This document shows positions 19,133 to 27,590 of a DNA stretch of 47,327 nt, in pieces. Every line of letters begins with the position of its first letter. Positions within the stretch are counted from its first letter, which is position 1. Both the position numbers and the translations under genes were made by a program. Under the pieces are notes generated by a model that did no database searches, was not told where the DNA came from, and saw nothing but the letters and a program-made list of their open reading frames with translations. The DNA comes from Candidatus Bathyarchaeia archaeon (GTDB lineage: Archaea > Thermoproteota > Bathyarchaeia > Bathyarchaeales > Bathycorpusculaceae): positions 1 to 47,327 of the forward strand of contig JBEKGO010000018.1 in NCBI GenBank assembly GCA_050012755.1, given 5' to 3'.

Positions 19133-19588
19133 ATGAACCATACTTTAAGTAAACCTGAGTTAGTGGCTGATCGGATACTTCGTTTGTGCTTTGTGCTACA
19201 GCAAGAAATAGATAGAAAAATCGTTATTTCCTCAATTAAAGACTGTAATGTCGAAATTACGTTTCAAAATTTATTGATTATGAAAGCGCTTGAAGGCTCT
19301 AAGGGAACGCATATGAACGCGATTGGTGAAATTTTGAATATATCTAAAGCCCAAATGACGCAATCTATCGATAAGCTAGTAGCTTTAGGAATGGTGAGTA
19401 GACAGGACTCCACGAAGGATAGGCGAAAGATTGACGTTTTTTTAACCAAGGAAGGCAAACGGGTGCTTGAAGAGGTTGACATAATCATCAAGCGTAAAAT
19501 AATGGAAAAAATAAGTGACTTAAGTAACACAGAACTAGATACGTTGTTTAAGGCATTGGAGTACAATATTCATTTTTTTTGTAAATAA
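19133..19588 (+). CDS. MarR-family regulator, divergent from the MFS gene
   Basis: SKAQMTQSIDKLVALGMV.R.....DRR....LTKEG. Confidence 0.9.
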   Translation: MNHTLSKPELVADRILRLCFVLQQEIDRKIVISSIKDCNVEITFQNLLIMKALEGSKGTHMNAIGEILNISKAQMTQSIDKLVALGMVSRQDSTKDRRKIDVFLTKEGKRVLEEVDIIIKRKIMEKISDLSNTELDTLFKALEYNIHFFCK

Positions 19589-19837
19589 TAATTTATTTAC
19601 GCTCGATAGTTGGGTGAGCGTTAGCTCAAATGCTTTTCTGTTTGGCCACCTTCACCCAAAAGCTGGAAGTGTAAATGTTTAAACTGTCGGTTCTGAACCC
19701 AAATCAGGCCGTGCGAAAACTCAAATCCGCCTCCAAAAATTGTGTCAAATATGTTTCGAATAGTTTTTTAAACCACCATTATTTACATAAAACAAGCAAT
19801 TTTCTGAAATTGAAAATAGTTTTTACGCAGTCTGAAA

Positions 19838-19862
19838 TGGGTTCAAGACCCAGCGGCCCCAC
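19838..19862 (+). repeat. Orphan tRNA 3'-end fragment (T-arm plus acceptor strand), possible att scar
   Basis: TGGG-TTCAAGA-CCCA-GCGGCCCCAC, with no upstream anticodon or D arm. Confidence 0.55.
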
Positions 19863-20226
19863 TTCTCACCTATTTCCTGCCTGGTTTTTGCTTATTTTCT
19901 TGCTTTTCCCCATCGAATCCATTTACTTTCCGTGGAGTGAGGATAAGTAAACCCCCAAAAAGGGCGATTTTACTTTGGGCCGAGTATTAATGCCACATAA
20001 CCTTATTCGAATTCTATTATATTGATGATTTTTCTTTCGGGGTCCTTAAGAGAAAACTCACCTTCATTATTTGATGCGAAGTGAGAATTATTGATGGGCT
20101 GATCACCCACTTAATCACCCTCCTGCTCTTTGCAAGATTTCATATGAAGCAAATCACCAATTTGAGTAAACTTCAAGTATGTCGATTTTAGACAAAATAA
20201 GCTCAAAACAACTCAAACTGGTCAAA

Positions 20227-20336
20227 TGGCGCCGGGAGGGGGATTTGAACCCCCGCGGCCCCGAGAGGCCACAAGCTGATTGGTCCCCGCAAAGGGATCT
20301 CCAGGCTTGCTCCCTGCCTGGCTAGGATACCCCGGC
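20227..20336 (-). tRNA. tRNA-Ser(GGA) with 21-nt canonical intron at 37/38 (20278-20298); CCA encoded
   Basis: GCCGGGG/TCCCGGC-GCCA; CAAGC-CTGGAG|A-GCTTG; intron hairpin TCCC/GGGA; long variable arm. Confidence 0.93.
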
Positions 20337-20665
20337 ACAAATGCAAACTAATACATACTGAGTTGTTCGCCACCTTTCTCTGACTTAAGCATAATTTAAA
20401 GCTTTATCGGAATACCGTTTGAAGATTATTTTGGAAGAATCAACGTTAAGCTTTTTAGTTGATTTTTGGGGTGGTAAACATTCTTGTTGCTGTTTTTCTG
20501 GTTGTTTATTCGCGACAAAATAGAATGAAACTAAAAATCAGACTTTCTTAATCGCACATTCTTAAATATGTCCATGATTCTAGAGTAAATAGTTTTTATC
20601 TGGACAAAGTTTTTATTCGCGTTTGAAACTTAAACATCGACCGTTAAGAAAAAGGATGATTCAAA

Positions 20666-21409
20666 ATGACCCTACAAAAAGGAGATTTCATAGTAATCGA
20701 TTATGTTGCGAAAGTAAAGGAAACAAACGAAGTTTTCGACACAACAAAAGAGGACGTCGCCAAAAAAGAGCACCTCTACAAAGAAGGAAGAATATACGAG
20801 CCAAAATTGGTAGTTGTTGGAGAAGTTGGCTGGGTTCTTAAACCCATAGATGAAGCATTAACGGCATTTGAGATAAACAAGCCTTCAACTGTGGAAATTT
20901 CACCTGAGAAAGGTTTTGGACAAAGAGATCCACAAAAAATTAAGCGCGTTTCAATAAAGCAACTTTACGCAAAAGAAATAAATCCAGTCGTCGGAGCACA
21001 AATAGAGTTCCAAGGAAAAGATGCTACTGTACGTTCAATCGGCGCTGGACGAGTACTTTTAGACTTTAATCCTCCATTAGCAGGAAAAACTCTGATTTAC
21101 GACCTCACGGTAACAAAAAAGTTCGAGAGCAAAGAAGAAAAAATAGGTGCACTCATTCACCACCGAATACCCATAGTTGAAGAAAACAAGTTCAAAATGA
21201 CGATACAAGACACAAGCTTAACTATTGACATGCCAGAGGACGCTTTCTACATTGAACATATCGAAATTTACAAGCGAGGCATCGCCCAGGATATTCAAAA
21301 ATTCATCCCAGACTTGGTTGAGACTAAATTCGTTGAAACCTTCAAAGCCGAGCCCAAACCAGCACCAGCATCGACAGCAGTACCAGAAGCACAGCCCAGT
21401 ACGCCATAA
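20666..21409 (+). CDS. Long-type FKBP peptidyl-prolyl isomerase (SlyD-like)
   Basis: GDFIVIDY, VFDTT, PEKGFGQRD and LDFNPPLAGKTL motifs. Confidence 0.93.
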   Translation: MTLQKGDFIVIDYVAKVKETNEVFDTTKEDVAKKEHLYKEGRIYEPKLVVVGEVGWVLKPIDEALTAFEINKPSTVEISPEKGFGQRDPQKIKRVSIKQLYAKEINPVVGAQIEFQGKDATVRSIGAGRVLLDFNPPLAGKTLIYDLTVTKKFESKEEKIGALIHHRIPIVEENKFKMTIQDTSLTIDMPEDAFYIEHIEIYKRGIAQDIQKFIPDLVETKFVETFKAEPKPAPASTAVPEAQPSTP

Positions 21410-21568
21410 TAGTAGCCAACCAACAATTCTTTTCATTTTCCATTAAATTTAAGTAAATTCTTGTTTAGCACAAAGACTAAATTCGCCTTAAGGTCACAAT
21501 TGTATTTTGCATCTATGCGGTTCCGATTCGTCTTCAGGTCTAAATTAGGATGGAGGTGAAAAATCTGG

Positions 21569-21946
21569 ATGGATCATACATTAGTTCATTTTGAAATCCC
21601 AGCCCAAGATGTTGAAAAACTAAAGCAGTTTTACGAACAAGTTTTCAATTGGAAAATTATCGAGTACCCTTCTCCATTGGAATATTTGGTTATCCAAACC
21701 GTTCCTGTCGACGAAAACGGCAGACCACAGAGGGCAGGAGTAAACGGCGGCATGTTTAGAAAGCAACAGCCTGGAGTTAAACCAATCAATTATTTTGCCG
21801 TTGAATCCATTAACGATTATTTAGCAAGAATTCAGAAGCTTGGAGGCATAGTAATTTCGCCTAAACAAGAAGTTCCTAATGTTGGGTGGATAGCTGCTGC
21901 AGAAAACCCTGAAGGAAACCAGTTTGCACTAATTCAGCAATTATGA
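21569..21946 (+). CDS. VOC/glyoxalase family protein
   Basis: VHFEIPA, FYEQVFNW, VNGG and NPEGNQFAL; SD GGAGGTGA upstream. Confidence 0.9.
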   Translation: MDHTLVHFEIPAQDVEKLKQFYEQVFNWKIIEYPSPLEYLVIQTVPVDENGRPQRAGVNGGMFRKQQPGVKPINYFAVESINDYLARIQKLGGIVISPKQEVPNVGWIAAAENPEGNQFALIQQL

Positions 21947-21963
21947 ATTCTATTTCAAAACAC

Positions 21964-23031
21964 CTAACTGATTATTTCGGTTGCCTTAGCTGTTTTCTCG
22001 CAAGCATCAAAATCGAGATTAAGTTTATTCAGAATAGTGTAGCGTTCGGGCCTTATTTTTGCTGCTAACTCCAACGCTTTAACTATCTCAACGTCTTTGA
22101 CGCCCAATTCGGCGGCCGATGTTGGTGCACCGATCTGTTTGAGGGTTTTTCTTATTTTTTGCCAATTTGATTTGTAAAGGTAAGCAGTTAAGATTGAACC
22201 AACTCCACATTGTTCGCCGTGCATACCGTGATGATGATTAATCATATCTAAGGCATGACTAAACAAGTGTTCTGAGCCGCTGCATGGGCGAATGCTTCCA
22301 GCGATACTCATTGCAACTCCGCAACTGATTAAGGCTTCAAGAAGTATGCGCAACCCTTCATCTTCATGAGAAACAATTAACTCTGCGTTTTCCATTACGA
22401 GTTTTGCACTCATTAATGCTAAGCTTGCGGCATATTCACCGTAGTACTCGTTGACTTTCTGATGCGCCAGTTTCCAATCTTTAACGGCTGTGAACTTAGC
22501 AATGACATCCCCGCAGCCACTTATGACAAACCGCCAGGGCGCTTGGGCAATAACGTTTGTGTCAGCTATTATTGCTAGTGGCGACTGTGCAAGCACAGAA
22601 TAGGGCTTATCTGAACCTTTAATTGAAGCTAAGGGGCTTGCAATGCCGTCATGCGCGACGCTGGTGGGTATACTAATGAATGGGATGTTTTGGCTTCCGG
22701 AACTAACTTTCGCAGAATCAATTATTGTTCCGCCGCCTACCCCGAAAAGAACTTGCGGTTTTAACTTTTTGATTTGATCTTGAATATCAGAAATGTCTTT
22801 TGGTGTCATACTCTTAACGAGAAGAAAATCAACCGTCAAACCTGCTTGGACAAGAAAATCAGAAACTGCTTTCCCAGCCAAATCATAACATATGCGGTCG
22901 GACATCACCAACGCTTTCCCCTGAAGACCCAGCCTTTTTGCCATTTCAGGAACACGTTGCAAAGTTCCTTTTCCAACGATGACTTCGCGAGGAAGCTGCA
23001 TGTAATGGTAACTCAAAGTCAAAGCAATCAC
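21964..23031 (-). CDS. egsA: sn-glycerol-1-phosphate dehydrogenase
   Basis: GVGGGTIID, PTSVAHDGIASP, SGSEHLFSHALD and HGEQCG motifs. Confidence 0.96.
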   Translation of the reverse strand: MIALTLSYHYMQLPREVIVGKGTLQRVPEMAKRLGLQGKALVMSDRICYDLAGKAVSDFLVQAGLTVDFLLVKSMTPKDISDIQDQIKKLKPQVLFGVGGGTIIDSAKVSSGSQNIPFISIPTSVAHDGIASPLASIKGSDKPYSVLAQSPLAIIADTNVIAQAPWRFVISGCGDVIAKFTAVKDWKLAHQKVNEYYGEYAASLALMSAKLVMENAELIVSHEDEGLRILLEALISCGVAMSIAGSIRPCSGSEHLFSHALDMINHHHGMHGEQCGVGSILTAYLYKSNWQKIRKTLKQIGAPTSAAELGVKDVEIVKALELAAKIRPERYTILNKLNLDFDACEKTAKATEIIS

Positions 23032-23141
23032 AGTTAACTTAAACTCATAATTCCCATTACAATGGTTTAAAACTTTGGGAACTCATACAAGAAAAGATTA
23101 CTTTTTCCGCAATAATACAGCTGAAAAACAAAATTCTAGTT

Positions 23142-23501
23142 ATGGTAAAAGTAAAAGAAAGAATAATTGACATTGATGAAATATTAAACACTCTTCAACC
23201 AAAACAAAAAGAAACGGTGCAGAACCTACGTGCACTAATCAAATCCGCTGTTCCAGAAACGGCTGAATTTGTAAAAAACAAAAATATCACTTATAAACTA
23301 AACAATAAAGACTTTGTTTGGATACGCCACTTCCAAAACCACGTTGACCTGGATTTTTCTATGGGGTCAAGGCTAGACTCGGATCTTCTGAAAAGCAGAG
23401 GAAAAAAGAAACCAGAAGACGTCAGACACACAAGGGTGAGCAATTTTGACAAGTTGAAACCAAGAATTGTAAGGCTGTTGAAAGCTACGGCATTAATTTG
23501 A
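23142..23501 (+). CDS. DUF1801 (YdhG-like) protein
   Basis: LRALIKSAVPE..E..K....Y...HVDLDFSMG pattern. Confidence 0.7.
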   Translation: MVKVKERIIDIDEILNTLQPKQKETVQNLRALIKSAVPETAEFVKNKNITYKLNNKDFVWIRHFQNHVDLDFSMGSRLDSDLLKSRGKKKPEDVRHTRVSNFDKLKPRIVRLLKATALI

Positions 23502-23695
23502 TTTGAGTATTGTCCACATTCTGCATAAAACAGCGGCTTGGTCTTTTTTGGCTTAATTGCTATTTTCGAAGTGAAGACAAGTGTACTCTCCATTCAGTTT
23601 AGAAAGCTGTTTTTGAGGACTTATGGCGATTGTTTTTGACGGAATAGTGAAAAAGCTTAAGAAATCTGTCACATAATTAAAAACTGTGATGATGT

Positions 23696-24034
23696 GTGTC
23701 AATTGGCACTTTCCTTGCTTACTTGCTTTTTGTGTTAGCTGACTCTGCAATCTACATTGCTATGTCCTGGTGGTTAGTAAAATCTTTTAGGTATCATCGA
23801 TTCGGAGTAACTGCTTTTCTAATTCTGATAATTCCATTCGTCTATCCACTTGTTTACGCTGGTAGCTTATATGATGTTCTGTGGATGTTAATACTTACTC
23901 CATTTTATGGGTTAGCTGTCATGATTATAGTCTTTCCGACATTAATGCTGTTGTACTACACCATAGCTTTTGGAAGTCTACTTGCTCTATTTTTCTTAAG
24001 AAAAAAGTTAACGCGATTCATAAGGCGCAGTTGA
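23696..24034 (+). CDS. Small membrane protein, hypothetical
   Basis: 112 aa with about 4 hydrophobic segments. Confidence 0.55.
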   Translation: MSIGTFLAYLLFVLADSAIYIAMSWWLVKSFRYHRFGVTAFLILIIPFVYPLVYAGSLYDVLWMLILTPFYGLAVMIIVFPTLMLLYYTIAFGSLLALFFLRKKLTRFIRRS

Positions 24035-24127
24035 CATTTTACACTTGGCTCAGGCATCTTTTTTTGCCTTTGGCGTTACGTTGTTTTTTAGCTCTATTTT
24101 TTGTTTTCTGGATGTGCTTTCAAGAGG

Positions 24128-24643
24128 TCAACTCAATATTAATCCCATTTTGACAGCATCATGATACTTGCCATCTCGACCATGGAAGCTATCTTTGATT
24201 GTTCCTTCAATTTGGAAACCGCATTTCTCGTAAAGGTGTATTGCAATCTTGTTTTCCGCCACGACGCCTAATTCTATTTTATGCATCTTTTCCTTTTTTG
24301 CGAGCTTAAGAATCTTTTTGGTCAATGCCGTTCCCAAGCCAACATTTTGGAAATCGTCCCGTAAATAAACAGAAAGCTCTCCAACTCCCTTCTTGCATGG
24401 ATGAGGAAACCTGTGGATGACTGCTTGACCTACGATCTTGCCTTGATATTCCGATACGAGTGGAATCATGTTTGGAAGGTCTCTCATCCATCGCTCTATG
24501 ACATCTTTTGTATATGGAGCCATACTCCATTCAAGCGATTTCTCAGACATTGAGGAAAACATCTGAAAGAGATTATCCGCATCATCAGTTTTTCGGAACC
24601 TAAGCGTAACCTCTTTGCCGTTTTTCAGTTTTGTTTTCCACAT
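24128..24643 (-). CDS. GNAT N-acetyltransferase
   Basis: FQNVGLGTAL and N..AIHLYEKCGF motifs. Confidence 0.9.
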   Translation of the reverse strand: MWKTKLKNGKEVTLRFRKTDDADNLFQMFSSMSEKSLEWSMAPYTKDVIERWMRDLPNMIPLVSEYQGKIVGQAVIHRFPHPCKKGVGELSVYLRDDFQNVGLGTALTKKILKLAKKEKMHKIELGVVAENKIAIHLYEKCGFQIEGTIKDSFHGRDGKYHDAVKMGLILS

Positions 24644-24739
24644 AGGTGCTTCTCCTGCTTGGTTCTGTGTTTACTAATAAAAGCAAAAACCTTAAAATCA
24701 AACATTATTTACAAGGCTCCCGAGATTTGTTGAGCGTGC

Positions 24740-24997
24740 CTAAACCAAACTGCGTTGCAGTTTTTTTAGAAAAACCTCTATCGCGGCTTTAGAGAGAATG
24801 CTATTGGCTTTCCAAAGGTAGGCGTCGTAAAAAAGATCTAACAGTTTCTTCAGAGGCATCCCATAAATTTGTTCGTCAGAGAAGCCTTCCTTTCGCATAA
24901 CCCCGAGAACTTCAACTTCAAGAAGCTCCTTACCAGAACTCCCACCACAACTTGGCTCTTCCAATCCCTGCAAGAACGATCTAAAGTTCTCGTGCAT
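24740..24997 (-). CDS. Small hypothetical protein
   Basis: 85-aa ORF with ATG start; TATA-like TTATATA upstream on the minus strand. Confidence 0.5.
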   Translation of the reverse strand: MHENFRSFLQGLEEPSCGGSSGKELLEVEVLGVMRKEGFSDEQIYGMPLKKLLDLFYDAYLWKANSILSKAAIEVFLKKLQRSLV

Positions 24998-25134
24998 ATT
25001 ATATGCCTTCTACCTTTCTCGGTTCTTCAGTTCCTTGTTTAAGTATATAACGTTTTTAGTGAAACTCTGACAAAGTTCTGGAACGCGCAAGGCGGAAACG
25101 AAGCGCCGAGCGCTTGAAAGCTCTCTTTGCTTTT

Positions 25135-25251
25135 TTATGTTACTGTGAAATTTAACGCTGCGATGTTCATGGGGGTTACGCCGTCTGAGTAGAAGATTTG
25201 TATTGATGCAGTCGATGTGCCTGCTGGTACACCTGCGGGGATGAGTTGGTC
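25135..25251 (-). pseudogene. C-terminal fragment of a truncated gene (beta-rich, surface-protein-like)
   Basis: DQLIPAGVPAGTSTASIQIFYSDGVTPMNIAALNFTVT*, preceded by an in-frame TAG and AT-rich DNA. Confidence 0.4.
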
Positions 25252-25407
25252 CTAATAAGAAAAATTGACTAGTCTGAGCTCCAAATGATTAAGAAGCCTT
25301 AGAACTAAGATATTGTCTAGTTATGAGCTTTTATAGAAATATTCTTTGGAAAAAAATATGCATGGCAAGTTTTTTATGCAAAAATAACAGAATCAAATTG
25401 ATACCTA

Positions 25408-26010
25408 ATGAAAAAATCAATGACAGTATTGGAAATTCTCTTAGGATTGTTAGTTTTAATAATAGCCATCGTCAATTTGTATCCTTTTAAGTTCTTCAAT
25501 ATTCAAACTGGCGCAGAAATTATGATGTACGGAATTATACTTTCAGGGGTGTCAATGCTTATCGTGGGAATTTTTAGACTAGCAAGCGTTTACTCATATG
25601 AGAGCTTGAGCCTAGCTGAGAAAATCAACGTTGTTACGAGCATATTAACGATGGCAATGTCTGTTGTGATTTTCTTTTTTCAATTATTTATGACAGGATC
25701 GCGTTGGCTTCATCTCTTGTTTGGTATTGGATTATTAAGTTATGCGATCGGTCGAGTCACTATCGGAGTGTTGACGAGTGAGATTAACTCGGGTTTAAGA
25801 GCTTATTATTCAGCGATAGGCATGGGAATTGCAGTTTTATCAATTATCACTATATCATTTCAAATGGTTCAGATTTCTTCAGGAGTCAATGGCACAGTTT
25901 ACATAACCTATGGCTATTTCGTAGACGCAACGCTCATCATGATAGGCGTCGATTTCTTAATATCGGCAATTCTTGGCATAGTTTTGAGAAGGCAAAAACA
26001 GAGTCCTTAG
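25408..26010 (+). CDS. Six-TM membrane protein (HdeD/DUF308-like)
   Basis: Repeated TM hairpins with GI.RL / IGRV motifs; stop codon lies inside repeat R1. Confidence 0.65.
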   Translation: MKKSMTVLEILLGLLVLIIAIVNLYPFKFFNIQTGAEIMMYGIILSGVSMLIVGIFRLASVYSYESLSLAEKINVVTSILTMAMSVVIFFFQLFMTGSRWLHLLFGIGLLSYAIGRVTIGVLTSEINSGLRAYYSAIGMGIAVLSIITISFQMVQISSGVNGTVYITYGYFVDATLIMIGVDFLISAILGIVLRRQKQSP

Positions 26011-26051
26011 GTGCAAAAGGTGGTGCTCTGCACCAAAGCTGTTCGCTCCAG
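25992..26051 (+). repeat. Intergenic repeat R1
   Basis: GCAAAAACAGAGTCCTTAGGTGC identical to 26536-26558; hairpin TGGTGC-TCT-GCACCA; tail shared with R3. Confidence 0.85.
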
Positions 26052-26110
26052 TTTGAGTTCTAACAAAGATATTATAAGCTAGAAACGACTTCTCAAAAAG
26101 TGGTGAGATA

Positions 26111-26503
26111 TTGAATCTTAGAATAGCCAATTGGAGGCTTTTTCTATTAAAGACCTCAATTATTTCAGCAATCGTAATTTTGGCTAATTGGCTCGTTGTT
26201 ATTTATTACGGCTCGACTATATGGTTTTATGCGGGCTATCTCTTTGGAAACGATATCAAAACAACGCTGAGTACTTTGCTATTTATTGAAGGAGCAGCAA
26301 TTTTGGCTTTAGGGTTTGTTTGGGCTTCAGGTTCAATGGAAATAAATTTTGATGGCTCTAATATTAAAACAAATATCTGGAACCGAAATGAACAATGGAA
26401 ACAACGCTCTAATGAGTTAGGTCAAGAAAATACAGCAGGAAAGGTCATGATTTTTGTAGGACTCCCAGTTCTAATCCTATCACTTATTCTAATATTTGTC
26501 TAA
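26111..26503 (+). CDS. Three-TM membrane protein, hypothetical
   Basis: TTG start after a GGTGAG SD, with TTATAA upstream; three hydrophobic segments. Confidence 0.65.
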   Translation: MNLRIANWRLFLLKTSIISAIVILANWLVVIYYGSTIWFYAGYLFGNDIKTTLSTLLFIEGAAILALGFVWASGSMEINFDGSNIKTNIWNRNEQWKQRSNELGQENTAGKVMIFVGLPVLILSLILIFV

Positions 26504-26535
26504 ATGTTGATTTCTCTTGTTTGCTGTCTTTTATT

Positions 26536-26607
26536 GCAAAAACAGAGTCCTTAGGTGCGAGGGGGGTTCCCTTTAGGGAGGTGTACTCGCTACCTGAGGT
26601 GTTTTTG
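26536..26607 (+). repeat. Intergenic repeat R2
   Basis: 23-nt identity to R1; flanks resemble R3 (TTTCTC..TTTGCT upstream, GAGRTGTTTTTG downstream). Confidence 0.85.
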
Positions 26608-26663
26608 CATTATAGTCCCCTGTGTTCCTTAAGATAGAGAAAGGGGATTTAGGGGTCAAAATG

Positions 26664-27128
26664 TTAGCTATGGATAGTTTTGATAAGGCTTTCAACATTA
26701 AAGCCATTTGACTTTACAAATTCTATTAATTGCGAAAATAGTTTGTCATCCATTTGTGGAGTTCTGCTCAATATCCAAAGATACTTGCGGTTTGGTGTGC
26801 CTACAACAGCATAATCATAGTCATTTCCCAATTTTATAATCCAGTAGTCACCATAAAACGGCCACAAGAATGTTACTTTGAGCTTAGCGTTGGTGGTTTT
26901 GTCAACAACTTTGGCTTTGCCTTTTGCCAGTTTCACTTTGCCGTTTCTTTTACACGTGTTGAGCACAGAAATAGCGCCATTATCTAATAAAGTGTAAGTT
27001 GCGGTCGTTTCATTGCAACCGTCTTGAAATTTAGCGGGAAGATGCGCAATCTCATACCATTTGCCTAAATATTTTTCTAGTTCTACATGTGGCACAACTT
27101 CAAGCGTATCATATTCATTTTTAGACAA
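26664..27128 (-). CDS. blc: Lipocalin (Blc-like), no signal peptide or lipobox (TTG start inferred)
   Basis: YLGKWYEIA, KLKVTF.WPFYGDYWII and YLWILSRTP motifs. Confidence 0.9.
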   Translation of the reverse strand: MSKNEYDTLEVVPHVELEKYLGKWYEIAHLPAKFQDGCNETTATYTLLDNGAISVLNTCKRNGKVKLAKGKAKVVDKTTNAKLKVTFLWPFYGDYWIIKLGNDYDYAVVGTPNRKYLWILSRTPQMDDKLFSQLIEFVKSNGFNVESLIKTIHS

Positions 27129-27199
27129 ATAAACCACTAAGTATGATTCAAGTGCCACACACATTAACGTTTCTTTTCTCGCTTATTTGCTCCTTGTGG

Positions 27200-27266
27200 A
27201 AAAACAGAGTCCTTACTTGTGAGGGGGTGCCATGCACCATAGTTGTTTGCTCCAGAGATGTTTTTG
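27200..27266 (+). repeat. Intergenic repeat R3
   Basis: AAAAACAGAGTCCTTA core; hairpin GGTGC-CAT-GCACC; AGTTGTTTGCTCCAG versus AGCTGTTCGCTCCAG in R1. Confidence 0.85.
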
Positions 27267-27358
27267 ATTGGTGGCTCCATTTGCCTCTAAACGCAACGAT
27301 AGTTTTTCTATCTTTAACAAGGTTGAAATAGGGATTTGTTGACTCTGGTTTATTGCGT

Positions 27359-27503
27359 GGGCGAGTAGCTCAGTACGGATAGCCGCTAACATTGGATTGA
27401 CTCCCAAAATTGTGGGGGTCGAGGGTTCTTTCGTTGGCGGCACGCAGAGAGCACCAGCCTCCTAAGTTGGGGGTCGAGGGTTCAAATCCCTCCCCGCCCG
27501 CCA
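27359..27503 (+). tRNA. tRNA-Arg(CCT) with ~67-nt D-loop intron (~27381-27447); CCA encoded
   Basis: Acceptor GGGCGAG/CCCGCCC (one A-C mismatch) then GCCA; CCAGC-CTCCTAA-GTTGG; GAGGG-TTCAAAT-CCCTC. Intron closed by GCCGCTAAC/GTTGGCGGC; removal gives GCTCAGTACGGATAGAGC. Confidence 0.85.
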
Positions 27504-27590
27504 TTGCTTAGACCCTAAATCGTTTGAAGCAATAGGATTAAACATAATAGAATTTGAAAAGTTTCTTTCACTTTCATAATGTTGACGGTT

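Noticed and set aside
19675-19950. 91-aa ORF
   Set aside because: Low-complexity translation spanning a tRNA fragment in decayed island DNA.
15750-20226. Intact provirus or integrative plasmid
   Set aside because: No integrase, replication or virion genes between the att-like repeats; reading frames through the att copies close quickly, so no split SSV-type integrase is evident.
25992-27266. Canonical integron (attC sites plus IntI)
   Set aside because: The repeats lack RYYYAAC...GTTRRRY ends and long palindromy, one gene is inverted, and no tyrosine recombinase is in the window. Kept only as a non-canonical candidate.
27391-27430. Box C/D guide RNA in the tRNA-Arg intron
   Set aside because: No RUGAUGA/CUGA pair; the TTGA and TCGA segments simply extend the hairpin stem.
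27143-27443. ORFs 27143-27331 and 27213-27443
   Set aside because: They overlap repeat R3 and tRNA-Arg and have no protein-like features.
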